A stretch of DNA of 64,000 bases from an uncultured virus (IMG/VR IMGVR_UViG_3300035696_000009). Its lineage: Duplodnaviria; Heunggongvirae; Uroviricota; Caudoviricetes. The translations under genes were made by a program, and so were the position numbers. This document shows, one piece after another, positions 9,311-18,870 of the stretch (position 1 is the first letter of the stretch; every line of letters starts with the position of its first letter). The stretch lies in the IMG/VR virus record IMGVR_UViG_3300035696_000009; one strand, 5' to 3'. The notes under the pieces are model-generated. The model was not told the DNA's origin. It was given only the letters and a program-made list of their open reading frames with translations, and did not search any database.

Positions 9311-9667
9311 TCAGAATTTTTCGGCTTCGCTCGCGAAGGTCACCCCCTCTGGGGCGTCGTCCCGCTGCGGCTTGCTGTTCCGGTAGGCGCCGAGCGGGAT
9401 ATGGATCTCCGTGAGGAACGGCATCACGTGCTTGAACATAAATTCGCCCTGAAGCTCGAGCATCTCCGCGTCGAAACCGCCCGCCGCGTTCCGGTGCCCA
9501 TCGATGAGCAAGAAGAAGATCCGCTTCTTGCCTGGCTGGGCTTTCAACGCGACTTGGATGACCCGGAAAATGGCGCGCGCGCTCTCCTCGAATCCTTCGT
9601 GGGCGTAAACGCGGTGGAAAAGAACGACCTGCCCGTCTCTCTCTTCGATCGTCGAATGGCTCCCCAT
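9311..9667 (-). CDS. hypothetical protein
   Basis: 118-aa ORF with RBS. Confidence 0.65.
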   Translation of the reverse strand: MGSHSTIEERDGQVVLFHRVYAHEGFEESARAIFRVIQVALKAQPGKKRIFFLLIDGHRNAAGGFDAEMLELQGEFMFKHVMPFLTEIHIPLGAYRNSKPQRDDAPEGVTFASEAEKF

Positions 9668-9671
9668 GTCG

Positions 9672-9860
9672 CTACCTCTTCTTCCTCTTCTCGAGGCTCT
9701 TGAACCCGATCTCGAGTGCGGCGCGCAGCGCGTCCATCCGCGTGCACGTGATGCCGGGCACGGAGAGCTTCTCCGCGATCCTCTCGGCGCGCGCCGGCCA
9801 GTCCTTCGGGACGCGGATGGACAGTTGGACCGTGCTGATGCCTTCGTCGGCTTTCCTCAT
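9672..9860 (-). CDS. RHH-like small DNA-binding protein
   Basis: TVQLSIRVPKDW...TRMDALRAALEIG; divergent from Ku. Confidence 0.55.
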   Translation of the reverse strand: MRKADEGISTVQLSIRVPKDWPARAERIAEKLSVPGITCTRMDALRAALEIGFKSLEKRKKR

Positions 9861-9906
9861 GGCCGCCAAGGTAGCGATGCCGCTGCGGAAACGCAAGGGT
9901 TAGATA

Positions 9907-9956
9907 ACTCCCAAACAATGTCACTTGACTCCCAGACAACGTCACTTGACTCCCAG
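9907..9956 (+). promoter_or_regulatory. 21-bp tandem repeats overlapping a sigma70-like promoter for Ku
   Basis: ACTCCCAAACAATGTCACTTG / ACTCCCAGACAACGTCACTTG / ACTCCCAG; TTGACT(9946)-16-TACCTT(9968). Confidence 0.6.
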
Positions 9957-9980
9957 CCCAGGATCGTTACCTTGCTCCCC

Positions 9981-10748
9981 ATGACAGCCCGCGCAATCGG
10001 TTCCGGTACCATCTCTTTCGGCCTCGTCTCGATCCCCTTCAAGGTCTACACGGCGGCCTCCTCGCAGAACCTCTCCTTCAACCTGCTCCACAAGAAGTGC
10101 GGCGGCCGGATGAAGCAGCAATATCTCTGCCCCGTCGATAACGTCGTCGTCGAGCGCACCGACATGGTCAAGGGCTTCGAGTTCGCCAAGGACCAGTACG
10201 TCCAGTTCACGGAGGAGGAGCTGAAGAAGCTCGAGTCCGCGAAGATCGACTCGCTCGAGATCACCGAGTTCGTCCCCGAGGAGACCGTGGACCCCATCCA
10301 CGTCGAGAAGAGCTTCTACATCGGGCCGGACAAGGGCGGCGACAAGGCGTTCCAGCTCCTCGCGCAGGCCATGGAGGGCGCCGGCCGGGTCGCCGTCGGC
10401 CGCTACTGGACCCGCGGCCGGCAGCAGGTCGTCTTCATCCGGCCGTACAAGAACGGCCTCGTCCTCCAGTACATCTACTACGCGGGCGAGGTGCGGAGCT
10501 ACGACGAGATCGCGCCCGCCAAGGCCGCGTTCAAGGACCTAGAGATGGAGATGGCGCTCAAGCTCATCGCGCAGCTCAGCTCGCCCGAGTTCAAGGCGGA
10601 GAGGTACCGCGACGAGTACCAGGACCGCGTCCGCGCGGCCGTCGACCAGAAGATCGCGGGGCTCGAGGTCTCGTTCGCCGAGGAGGCGCCCAAGGCCATC
10701 ATCACGGACCTCTTCGAGGCGCTCAAGCGCAGCTTGACGGCGAGCTGA
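9981..10748 (+). CDS. ku: Ku (NHEJ DNA end-binding) protein
   Basis: MTARAIGSGTISFGLVSIPFKVY...FNLLH...DMVKGFE...YRDEYQ...DLFEALKRSL. Confidence 0.95.
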   Translation: MTARAIGSGTISFGLVSIPFKVYTAASSQNLSFNLLHKKCGGRMKQQYLCPVDNVVVERTDMVKGFEFAKDQYVQFTEEELKKLESAKIDSLEITEFVPEETVDPIHVEKSFYIGPDKGGDKAFQLLAQAMEGAGRVAVGRYWTRGRQQVVFIRPYKNGLVLQYIYYAGEVRSYDEIAPAKAAFKDLEMEMALKLIAQLSSPEFKAERYRDEYQDRVRAAVDQKIAGLEVSFAEEAPKAIITDLFEALKRSLTAS

Positions 10749-11158
10749 TGGCGACCGCGACGAGGGAGTACGCCGTCGAGCGGCTCGAGAACGTGCCCGA
10801 GGTCATCCGCGACAAGATGCGCGCGGCCCTCGAGAAGGGGATCGTCCTCGCGCGGAAGAAGCACCCGCCGGGCGACGGGAACATGAACATACTCTTCGAC
10901 GAGGACTTCGGGAGCTGGACCCTCCAGGTGACTTTCTTCCACGACGAGCGCATGTGGGCGGGTCCCCACGTCGTCGTGAGCGCGTTCTCCGAGCCCCACG
11001 GAGACATGACCGGCCGGCTCGCGGCCAAGGTCGAGTACACCCACGACGATCGCCTCGCGCTCGCGCGGCTCCGGCTCGACGCGCTCAAGGCGGATCGCAT
11101 GATCATCGACGCCGAGATCGAGAAGCTCGAGGCGATCCTCTCCGCGGGAGTCGAGTGA
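10748..11158 (+). CDS. hypothetical protein
   Basis: Coupled to Ku stop. Confidence 0.7.
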   Translation: MATATREYAVERLENVPEVIRDKMRAALEKGIVLARKKHPPGDGNMNILFDEDFGSWTLQVTFFHDERMWAGPHVVVSAFSEPHGDMTGRLAAKVEYTHDDRLALARLRLDALKADRMIIDAEIEKLEAILSAGVE

Positions 11159-11168
11159 TGCCACCACC

Positions 11169-11528
11169 ATGAACACCCTCAAATCCCTCTCCATCACGCT
11201 CCTCGCGTTCGCAGCGAACTTGACCCCAGACACCGCCCGCGCGAGCAGCGGCGGCTTCGGCGACACCATCCTCCAGTGCTTCCACCCGGGCGCGGAGTTC
11301 GTCAGCATCTCCTACAAGAAGGGCCACGACGCGGCCCACGGCAAGAGCGCCTGGAAGGGCTGGCTCGCCTACCAGGACAAGAGCGGCGGCCGGACGACCG
11401 ACGCCGTGATGAGCTTCTCGCTCGACACGAGGACCGAGGACGGGATGATCGAGGTCCGCGTCACGCCCATCGACGACGCGTCCTCCAGCACGAGTTGCCG
11501 TCTCCGCGACTGGCAGTCGTCGTACTGA
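11169..11528 (+). CDS. putative secreted protein
   Basis: Signal-peptide-like N-terminus, two Cys. Confidence 0.6.
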   Translation: MNTLKSLSITLLAFAANLTPDTARASSGGFGDTILQCFHPGAEFVSISYKKGHDAAHGKSAWKGWLAYQDKSGGRTTDAVMSFSLDTRTEDGMIEVRVTPIDDASSSTSCRLRDWQSSY

Positions 11529-11542
11529 GGAGAGTGAAGACG

Positions 11543-11875
11543 ATGAAGATTTACAGGCTCGTGCTCGAGGCTCTCCACAAGCTCCAGGAGATCAAGTCCC
11601 TCGAGAAGTCCGGGGAATTGACGAACCAGCGGGCGCGCGCCGCGCGCCTCGGGATCTGGAAGGAGGTCGGCTGCGACGCCCACACGGGCTTCGTGATCGT
11701 CGCGCCCGGCGAGCGCCATGCGCGCGACATCGCGGCGGCGAGGGCCGTCGCGGCCGGTGAGCCCGACGAACGCGCCTCGCGCTGGCTCGACCCGAAGAAG
11801 ACTCGCTGCGAGGCTATCGGCGAGGCCGGCGTCGCGCGGGAGCGCATCGTTCTCGCGTCATTCAGGAACGGTTAG
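11543..11875 (+). CDS. hypothetical protein
   Basis: GAGGAG RBS; MKIYRL...IVLASFRNG. Confidence 0.65.
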   Translation: MKIYRLVLEALHKLQEIKSLEKSGELTNQRARAARLGIWKEVGCDAHTGFVIVAPGERHARDIAAARAVAAGEPDERASRWLDPKKTRCEAIGEAGVARERIVLASFRNG

Positions 11876-12247
11876 CCATGAAGACGAACCAGACTCACGA
11901 CCAGGACCGAAAGACGACGAAGCGCGAGCTTCCGCCGCGCTGCCGGCACCCCGAGTGCGTGGCGGCGCGCGCCGAGGAGCTTGCCGCGGCGGGGATGACC
12001 CACGTCGCGGTCGAGCTTCACAAGAGCGACATGCCGGTCAGGTGCAGAAAGGCTGCGAGGGGCGACGGATGAACGAAGAGTCGTCGTGCGAACTCTGCGG
12101 CGCCGAGCCCGAGGAGCTGTTCGAGTGCGAGGGGTTCATCGTGTGCGAGCCGTGCGCGCACGAGCACGGGTCGAAGCTCGCCGAGTACCGCGACGACCTC
12201 GACGAGGACGTCCGCGGGAGCTGAAGACGCGAAAGGGCTGGTGACGG

Positions 12248-12631
12248 ATGGGAGTCTCAACGGACGCGATCTTGGTCTTCGGGATGGAGATCGAGGGTGA
12301 GTCGGAGGACTCGGAGAAGATCGACGCGATCATGGAGGAGGACGACGACGAGGGCGGAACCTCAGGCTACGACCGATTGTCGGAAGCCGAGAAAAAGACG
12401 GGCGCCGAAGTCATCTTCCACTGCTCGGCGGAGTGCACGATGTACATCGTCGGCACGCGCGCCATGACCGCCAACCGCGGCTACCCCGTCGCGGTGGATC
12501 CCAAGAAGCTCGCGCTCACGAAGGCGCAGATCGAAGCCGACCTCGCGGCCATCGAGGCGCTCTGCGGGTTCATCGGGATCCCGTTCAAGCCCAAGAAGTG
12601 CAAATGGTGGCTCTGCTCGAACTGGAGTTGA
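12248..12631 (+). CDS. hypothetical protein
   Basis: MGVSTDAILVFG..., 127 aa. Confidence 0.7.
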   Translation: MGVSTDAILVFGMEIEGESEDSEKIDAIMEEDDDEGGTSGYDRLSEAEKKTGAEVIFHCSAECTMYIVGTRAMTANRGYPVAVDPKKLALTKAQIEADLAAIEALCGFIGIPFKPKKCKWWLCSNWS

Positions 12632-12671
12632 GAACGGGCGGCTGCCCGGCGCGTCGAGCTGGTGGAGTCGA

Positions 12672-13190
12672 TCACTCCGTCGTGATTGGCTGGAAGAGCG
12701 GCCCGACCATGGTCGCCTGGTAGGTCGCCGGCGTCGCGTTGCCCCGGAAGACGATCACCTCGAACTGGAACGGGAAGACGACGAAGCCTTCGCTCGCGAA
12801 CATGATCGCGATGACGTTCGGGCTTGGATAGCTCACCGAGATCTCGTCGATGATGGTGGTTGGCGTCGAGGTCCCGGTTGTACGGATTCGGACGAGGGTA
12901 CGCGCGTAGTTCGGGTCGAGCGCGACGTCGCCGGGGAGGCCGGGGTCGAGGGTGAGAAGGACGTTGTCGTTGACGTCGAGCCCAAGCGCCGAGACGCCGA
13001 GGCCGTAGAACTCGAGCGTCGGGTCGCCGGCCGCCGCGCGGCTCCGGATGCGCGTGAGGGTCTTGAGGCCCTTGGGGCTCTCGAGCTTCGGCGCCGGGCG
13101 CGCCGCCGTTTCGACCTCGATCTCGGGCTGGAAGATCGTCATGACGCCCTGGGCGATGGGCTGAAGGGCAGCAACGGCGTAGTCGGTCAT
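12672..13190 (-). CDS. hypothetical beta-rich protein, paralog of 13200..13673
   Basis: Shares MTDYA-QPI-QG, LTLDxGLPG and ISEV/EISVSY motifs. Confidence 0.7.
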   Translation of the reverse strand: MTDYAVAALQPIAQGVMTIFQPEIEVETAARPAPKLESPKGLKTLTRIRSRAAAGDPTLEFYGLGVSALGLDVNDNVLLTLDPGLPGDVALDPNYARTLVRIRTTGTSTPTTIIDEISVSYPSPNVIAIMFASEGFVVFPFQFEVIVFRGNATPATYQATMVGPLFQPITTE

Positions 13191-13199
13191 GGGCTCCCC

Positions 13200-13673
13200 T
13201 CAGGCGAATGTGACGGGCAGGAGCTGCGAGCTGCCGATGCCGAGCCAGGTGATGATCTCGAAACCCGCCGGGGGATCGGTGAAGACGCCCGCGGAGGTCG
13301 CGAATGAAACGAAGATGGTGTTGTCGCCGACGCCGGGCGCCGGCGCCGGCGTCCCCGGGCCGTACGACACGACGACCTCGGAGATGGTGGTGCCGGGAAC
13401 CGTGCCTGTGCCGCGGATCGTGATCGTCGTCCGCGGGTCCGGGTCGTCCGGGAACGGCGGCGTGAAGGGCGAGTTCGTGGGGAGCGGCTCGATGGCGCCG
13501 GCGTTCCCGGGCAGACCCTGATCGAGCGTGAGCTGGAAAACCCCCGCAGCTTGGCCCGTGACGCGCGCGACCGCGGAGGCGCCTTTGCCGAAGAACTGAG
13601 GGTTGCCGTTCTGGTCGATCGACACGAGCCCTTGGAGGATGGGCTGGATGGGTGCCGCAGCGTAATCGGTCAT
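13200..13673 (-). CDS. hypothetical beta-rich protein, possibly virion-associated
   Basis: ATG at 13673 (MTDYAAAPIQPILQG). Confidence 0.65.
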   Translation of the reverse strand: MTDYAAAPIQPILQGLVSIDQNGNPQFFGKGASAVARVTGQAAGVFQLTLDQGLPGNAGAIEPLPTNSPFTPPFPDDPDPRTTITIRGTGTVPGTTISEVVVSYGPGTPAPAPGVGDNTIFVSFATSAGVFTDPPAGFEIITWLGIGSSQLLPVTFA

Positions 13674-13802
13674 ACACGCGATGATACGGGGAGCTTTCGA
13701 GCGGCCCAAAAAGTGCGAATTCAATGGGGCTCCCCCGCAGAGTCCCGCTCCCAAAAATTGCGGGAATTTGGGCCCGCGCGGGAGTGATGAGACTCTCGGA
13801 TC

Positions 13803-14531
13803 ATGAGCAACATCGTCCCGAACCTCACCATCTCCGAGCAGGGCGTCGTCCCGGCCCAGGACGTCTGGCCGCCCGTGCCCGTTCTGCCCCCGCCGAGCGG
13901 TTTCCTCTGGACGCAGCAAGGACCCGGGCAGCCGATCGTGACGACCGACCCGAACGCCACCGTTCAGAGCGGTGTGAACCAGACGGTGACCCCGCTCGCG
14001 GAAGTCTCCGTCTGCCTCGGGGGCTCGTCGAACACCTGCAGTAATGGCGGTACGGTGTGCCTCGGCGGGTTCCTCAACACGGCGAGCGGCTCGAGCGCCG
14101 GCGTCTACTCCTCGTTCTTGTGCACGAGCAGCGGCACGACGTCGGTGTGCGCCGCGTCGAACGGCTCTACGGCGAGCGGGCTCGGCAGCGCGTGCATCGG
14201 CAGCGCGGGCGGAACCGCATCGGGCACGTGGTGCGCCATCGTCGGGGGGACGAACGGCGTCGCGAGCGGGCAGAACTCTGCCGTCGTCGGGGGTAACGGC
14301 GGCGTCGCTGCCGGGCTGAACTCCGTCTCGATCGGCGGGGGCAACGCCCCGAACGACAATGACATCGCGGTCGGTGGCGCCGCCGCGCTCGTGGGCTTCT
14401 TCGGCGCGGCATGTGTCGCCCAGCAAGCAGGTGGCGGGACGGGGATCGCGGGGCCGGCGTACACCGGCAACGAGCAGGCGATGCTCCAGGCCGTCTACAC
14501 GGCGCTCAAGAACCTCGGCCTCATCGCGTGA
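13803..14531 (+). CDS. fibre-like protein with ASGxxS beta-helix repeats
   Basis: Repeated NTASGSSA/TASGTWC/VASGQNSAVVGG; C-terminal VGFFGA...ALKNLGLIA. Confidence 0.6.
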   Translation: MSNIVPNLTISEQGVVPAQDVWPPVPVLPPPSGFLWTQQGPGQPIVTTDPNATVQSGVNQTVTPLAEVSVCLGGSSNTCSNGGTVCLGGFLNTASGSSAGVYSSFLCTSSGTTSVCAASNGSTASGLGSACIGSAGGTASGTWCAIVGGTNGVASGQNSAVVGGNGGVAAGLNSVSIGGGNAPNDNDIAVGGAAALVGFFGAACVAQQAGGGTGIAGPAYTGNEQAMLQAVYTALKNLGLIA

Positions 14532-14582
14532 ATCGTCTCGACGGGCTTATCGGATCGCCGGCTCCGGGCGTCTGTATAAGGG

Positions 14583-14957
14583 ATGGTTATCGAAGAAGGA
14601 ATGGATCCGGGGTCGCCGGAGAGGATCGAGGAGACCGCGTGCGAGGCGTGCTGGGGCCACACGCGCCGCGTGTGCAGCCGCTGCGGCAGGCGCATCTGCG
14701 TCAAGTGCAGCAAGAAGCACCGCATGGGCATCATCGAATTCGAGGACCTTCCCGAGGATGCCAAGCCCGTCTGGTGCGCGCCGCTCACGCCGGGGGAGAA
14801 GCGCTACCTTGACAGGCTCCCGCTCCACGAATCAGAGGTTCGGAAGGACACCTACCAGCAGCAGCAGGCGCTTTGGATCCGCCTCGTGAAGAAGCGGTAC
14901 GCGCGCTGGGAAGTCTATCCTCAGCCGATCGGCAGCACGCTCGTTCGTATTCGCTAA
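14583..14957 (+). CDS. zinc-finger protein
   Basis: CEAC...CSRC...CVKC. Confidence 0.6.
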   Translation: MVIEEGMDPGSPERIEETACEACWGHTRRVCSRCGRRICVKCSKKHRMGIIEFEDLPEDAKPVWCAPLTPGEKRYLDRLPLHESEVRKDTYQQQQALWIRLVKKRYARWEVYPQPIGSTLVRIR

Positions 14958-14978
14958 TTCCAAATTCTGATATTTGGG

Positions 14979-15053
14979 CGGACCCGGCCGGGCTCGAACC
15001 GGCGACCTGCGAGTTCTACAGTCTCGCTGCTCTGCCTACTGAGCTAAGGGTCC
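14979..15053 (-). tRNA. atypical tRNA (Tyr-GTA-like, 9-nt anticodon loop, short variable arm)
   Basis: GGACCCT TA GCTCAGTAGGCAGAGC A GCGAG ACTGTAGAA CTCGC AGGTC GCCGGTTCGAGCCCGGC CGGGTCC. Confidence 0.7.
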
Positions 15054-15087
15054 TAGTTTTATCGGATTATGAGTAATGCTAATTCAG

Positions 15088-15168
15088 TGCGCGAAGATGG
15101 GCTTGAACCACCGACCCTCACCCTACACCAAGATGCAGGATGATGCTCTACCACTGAGCTATTCGCGC
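15088..15168 (-). ncRNA. tRNA-like RNA with anticodon arm replaced by a long hairpin
   Basis: Normal acceptor, D and T arms; TCATCCTGCATCTTGGTGTAGGGTGA in place of the anticodon arm. Confidence 0.7.
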
Positions 15169-15171
15169 AGG

Positions 15172-15223
15172 CGGGGACGGCTGGACTCACACCAGCGCTG
15201 CAGCTTACCTGCAAGGCGTCCCC
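15172..15223 (-). ncRNA. mini tRNA-like RNA (acceptor + one hairpin + T-like arm)
   Basis: GGGGACG...TGCAG GTAAG CTGCA..GCTGG TGTGAGT CCAGC CGTCCCC. Confidence 0.5.
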
Positions 15224-15224
15224 A

Positions 15225-15300
15225 TGGAGCCCTCTCACCGAGTCGAACGGCGGACCTCTCATTTAGATAAATGAGTGCTCTAACACTGAGCTAAGAGGGC
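15225..15300 (-). tRNA. atypical tRNA with 8-nt anticodon loop (TTATCTAA), CCA encoded
   Basis: GCCCTCT TA GCTCAGTGTTAGAGC A CTCAT TTATCTAA ATGAG AGGTC CGCCGTTCGACTCGGTG AGAGGGC TCCA. Confidence 0.7.
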
Positions 15301-15316
15301 GTGACTGCGTTTCTCG

Positions 15317-15610
15317 TTATTTGAGCAAGGGGAGCGACGAGAGGTGTCGCCTGAGGTCCTCCTTTCTCCCCGGCACGACGCCGATGGCCATGAGCGCGCC
15401 GCACCACGGCGCGTCGGGTTCACGGATCGTCACGTGCGGGACGGAAGCCTTCGCGAGCCGCCCTGCGACGGCCGCGAGCGAGGGCTCGTCCGGCACCGCG
15501 AGCACGATGGCGTGCGTGTTCTCCGGCAGGTTTCCTGGGCTCGACTCCCCGGCCGCGTGCACCAACATGGCGCCCTGCAGGCCTCTCGGGAGGTCTCCCC
15601 TGACGATCAC
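15317..15610 (-). CDS. peptidyl-tRNA hydrolase, Pth2-like
   Basis: VIVRGDL.RG.Q..M..HAA, IVLAVPDE, IREPD, AIGVVP, LSSLPLL; true start probably slightly upstream. Confidence 0.8.
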   Translation of the reverse strand: MIVRGDLPRGLQGAMLVHAAGESSPGNLPENTHAIVLAVPDEPSLAAVAGRLAKASVPHVTIREPDAPWCGALMAIGVVPGRKEDLRRHLSSLPLLK

Positions 15611-16586
15611 GAAGTGGGTCAGGGGATTCGCAACGGTTCGGCGTTCCGCCGATTCACTGTAGGAGCGAGCAGGTCATGGGCTCGAGTGTAGCCATGGGCC
15701 TCTCGCCGTCAACCCCCTCACAAGTTCTCGTTCACCCACTTCTCGAAGAGATCGCGGACGACGGAGTAGGAGTAGTCCTTGGAGAACCGCCCCTCCTTGC
15801 CCGGCCTCGCCTTGATGGTCGGGGCGATCGCGAGGCAGAACTTTTCGAGCGGTTCCCTGTCCCCGTTGGTCCAAGATAGCGGAACGACGACGTCGACCCT
15901 GCTCGCCATGGCACGAGCCTCGCGCGGGCGAAGCCCCGGTGTCAATCTCCGCCAAAATTCGTCGCAGAAAAGTTGGCCCACCCCGGCCGCGGCATTATGG
16001 TCGCCGGTCCCAACCAAGGAGCCACCGGATGAGAGGTGTCTTGAAGCGCGTCGTCAGCCGCAAGAGGGACAAGGGCGGCAAGAGGTCGGAGTGCGTACTC
16101 GCGTGCGGGCACGTCGTCAGGCGGAGCATCTCGAACGTCTCCGAGCATTGCTACTGCACCGAGTGTCCGCCCACGGAGACGAAGGCGGAGCGGTCGGCCC
16201 GCCTCTCGCGCGAGCGGAGGGAGCGGAGGAAGAACCTCGCGCTCAATCTTCGTCGTCCTCCTGGGTGATTCGCTTGTGGCGGCGCGGCAGCGCCTCCTTC
16301 CGGCTCTCCTCCGGCAGGAACTTCGCCGCGTTCTCGAACTTCGCGAGGAGCACGCGCTCGCTCGAGACGACGGCGGCGCCGCTGCCGAGGCGCTTGGCGT
16401 CGCGGAAGGCGTCCTCGATGTTCTCGCGCCACATGCCGAAGGTCTTCTTCTTGCGGTGCTCGGCGCGGTAGGGGCCCGTGACCTTGAGGGTCGCGACGAG
16501 CGGTGGTCGGTTCGTCTTCGGCCGCGGCCGGTTGATGTGGAGGGTCATCACCATCATCGCGAGCGTTAGCACAATGGAACCCGTCG

Positions 16587-17423
16587 TCACATCCTGACGG
16601 GCGCCATCTCGAGCAGCATCTCCTGCACGTGCGCGGGGAGCGAGAGGAAGAACGCGTGGTCCCTCGGTCCGAGCGTGCCGGACTGGCGGAAGGGGTGGCT
16701 CTCGTGCACGACGCGGAGCCTGTCCTTCGGGGACCACCACGGCCACGTGATGTTCGCGGTCGGGAGGATCGGGTCGCGGATCGGCTCGCCGGACGCGTCG
16801 ACCTGGACGTAGATGATCTTCCAGTACGCCTCTCGGCCGGCGTACGCGCGGATGCCCCCTCGGCCCCACGCAGAGACGAACCACTGGAGCGTCGCGCCGA
16901 GCTTGCCGACCTTGCGGGGCCCGAGCCACGTGGCGACCTCCTGGAGGGTGGGCTCCTTCTTCGGGCGGGGCGCCTGCCCCTCCCAAGGGCGGGCCCGGCG
17001 CCGCGCGCGGGTCTTCTTCGCGAGCCGGCCCTCCTCGTCGACGAAGTACTCCGCGTACGGCTTGTCGATCGGCTCCTGGCTCTCGCGGACGTCCTTGAGC
17101 AGGTGGTCGAAGATCACGTGCCGGCCGGGCGTCGTGCGCGTGTCGAACTTCTGGAAAAGCTCCGAGCGCACGGCGTCCCAGCGGCGCCCGACGCGCGAGT
17201 CGAGGAAGCTGTAGATCGGGCCGAGCTTGTCGTCGAAGCACGGGTAGACCGGGCGCCTCACCGGCGCGGGCTCGTCGTCGACGCACTCGGGGTCGATGAT
17301 GGCGGCGCGCAGGTACGCGCGCCTCGCTGTCCGCTCCTCGCGGATCCGCTCGCTCACTTCGGATTTGTAGTGGCCGCAGCGCCCGCCTTCGATGATGGAG
17401 CGCGCGAGATTTTTCGTGGACAT
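16587..17423 (-). CDS. hypothetical protein
   Basis: 278 aa; DKLGPIYSFLDSRVGRRWDAVRSEL...TTPGRHV. Confidence 0.7.
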   Translation of the reverse strand: MSTKNLARSIIEGGRCGHYKSEVSERIREERTARRAYLRAAIIDPECVDDEPAPVRRPVYPCFDDKLGPIYSFLDSRVGRRWDAVRSELFQKFDTRTTPGRHVIFDHLLKDVRESQEPIDKPYAEYFVDEEGRLAKKTRARRRARPWEGQAPRPKKEPTLQEVATWLGPRKVGKLGATLQWFVSAWGRGGIRAYAGREAYWKIIYVQVDASGEPIRDPILPTANITWPWWSPKDRLRVVHESHPFRQSGTLGPRDHAFFLSLPAHVQEMLLEMAPVRM

Positions 17424-17913
17424 GGTCGTTCACACCTCTAAAGATTTGTCACTGGACCTCCTCTCGACGTGTGAACGGTGGGTGAGCATGTCGCTTGTCC
17501 TGACGGTAGCACGCGCGAAATCTGACGCGAGACGCACGACGGCGTATTGACGGCGCGATCGTCCTCCCGTACATCTTGATTGCGGCCCTTAACCCTCTGC
17601 GGGCTGCGGGGCAATCGCCGGCTCCGCGTCCCGCGGAGCGGCCGTCATTCCTCGATGAGGGCGAAGCTCGGCGAGATCTTCTTTCCGGGCTCACGGCGAT
17701 GATCCTCGCAGGCACCTCGCGCATCCAAGTTAGCCCTGACGGCATACCGTTCCGCGTGCTGCGATCCTGGCACGATCGGGAAGGTCGAAGACTCGGCGTC
17801 ATTCAAACCGAGATCATGACGTGGAGCGGGGGCAAGTGGCATACACAGCTCGGCAAGCACGACGAGCTACCTCTGCTGCCTCACACGTGGCCGGTCATCG
17901 CGTCCCGTCAACC

Positions 17914-18315
17914 ATGACGTTCCCCGGCTGGACGCGCGTCACCGATCGACAGTTCTACGTCGACTCGAATGATCTCGAGGACGAGGGCGAGGAGGACCAC
18001 CCGCACCGTCTGCCGCACCGGCTCTACAGGCCCAAGGGTCGCCGTTTCCCCCTCTTGTCGATCGGCCTGTACCCCGACTGGCAGGATCCCGGCACCTCCG
18101 TCGAGACGATCCGAGGGGACGGCACCCGCGTGATCACCCACACGCGTCCTCCCCCGAACGGGTTCACGATGTCGGTGAGCTTCAAGCCCGGCAAGGGTCA
18201 GTGGTGGGACGACAGGAGCCCGCGGGCTTACGTCCCGCTCGAGCTTTGCGACGACCTCGCGGAGATGATCGAGGAGGCGCGGAGGAAGATCATCCTCTGG
18301 CGCGGCGAACCCTAA
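17914..18315 (+). CDS. hypothetical protein
   Basis: ATG at 17914 overlapping upstream stop. Confidence 0.6.
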   Translation: MTFPGWTRVTDRQFYVDSNDLEDEGEEDHPHRLPHRLYRPKGRRFPLLSIGLYPDWQDPGTSVETIRGDGTRVITHTRPPPNGFTMSVSFKPGKGQWWDDRSPRAYVPLELCDDLAEMIEEARRKIILWRGEP

Positions 18316-18869
18316 CCGAGGATGAAGTTCTCCATCGTCGCGCGGTCCATCACGCCCGTCGCAGGCAATCCCCAGGTAGCTTGGCGATGCGCGAGCGCAG
18401 CGCGCGTCGCGCGGCCAATGACGCCGTCGGCCGCGACGCCAAGGCTATGCTGGGTCGAGGCCACGAGCGTGGGATCTTGGGTCTGCCAGCGGCACATGAG
18501 CCAGTCCATGTAGGCTTCGTTGGAGCCTGGATTGGGGCCGCAGTTTTGCGCGCCAGTCTCGACGCACGAGCGCCATCGAGCGTACGTCGCGGTCTGTCGG
18601 GGATCAGCGCCGCAGCCTCTCGGCCCAACGGTCTTGCTCGGTGCTGCCCTGGAGATGATGTGGCGCTCCCCATCGTCCTTCTTCTTGAGCGTGGCATGAA
18701 GCGCTCCGAGGGCTGCTCCGCATCCCGCGAGGAGCAAGGCATGCGGACGGCTCTTCTCGAACACCAGCGCGCCCGCGCCCGCAGCGACCGCGCCAAGGAT
18801 AGCTGAAGGTAGGGGTCCGGCGCGTCCCGCGATCACGTCATCCATCCAGTCCGGCTGCGTTCGACTCAT
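18312..18869 (-). CDS. peptidoglycan-binding-domain membrane protein
   Basis: Two TM segments; QHSLGVAADGVIGRATRAAL...QATWGLPATGVMDRAT. Confidence 0.7.
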   Translation of the reverse strand: MSRTQPDWMDDVIAGRAGPLPSAILGAVAAGAGALVFEKSRPHALLLAGCGAALGALHATLKKKDDGERHIISRAAPSKTVGPRGCGADPRQTATYARWRSCVETGAQNCGPNPGSNEAYMDWLMCRWQTQDPTLVASTQHSLGVAADGVIGRATRAALAHRQATWGLPATGVMDRATMENFILG

Positions 18870-18870
18870 C

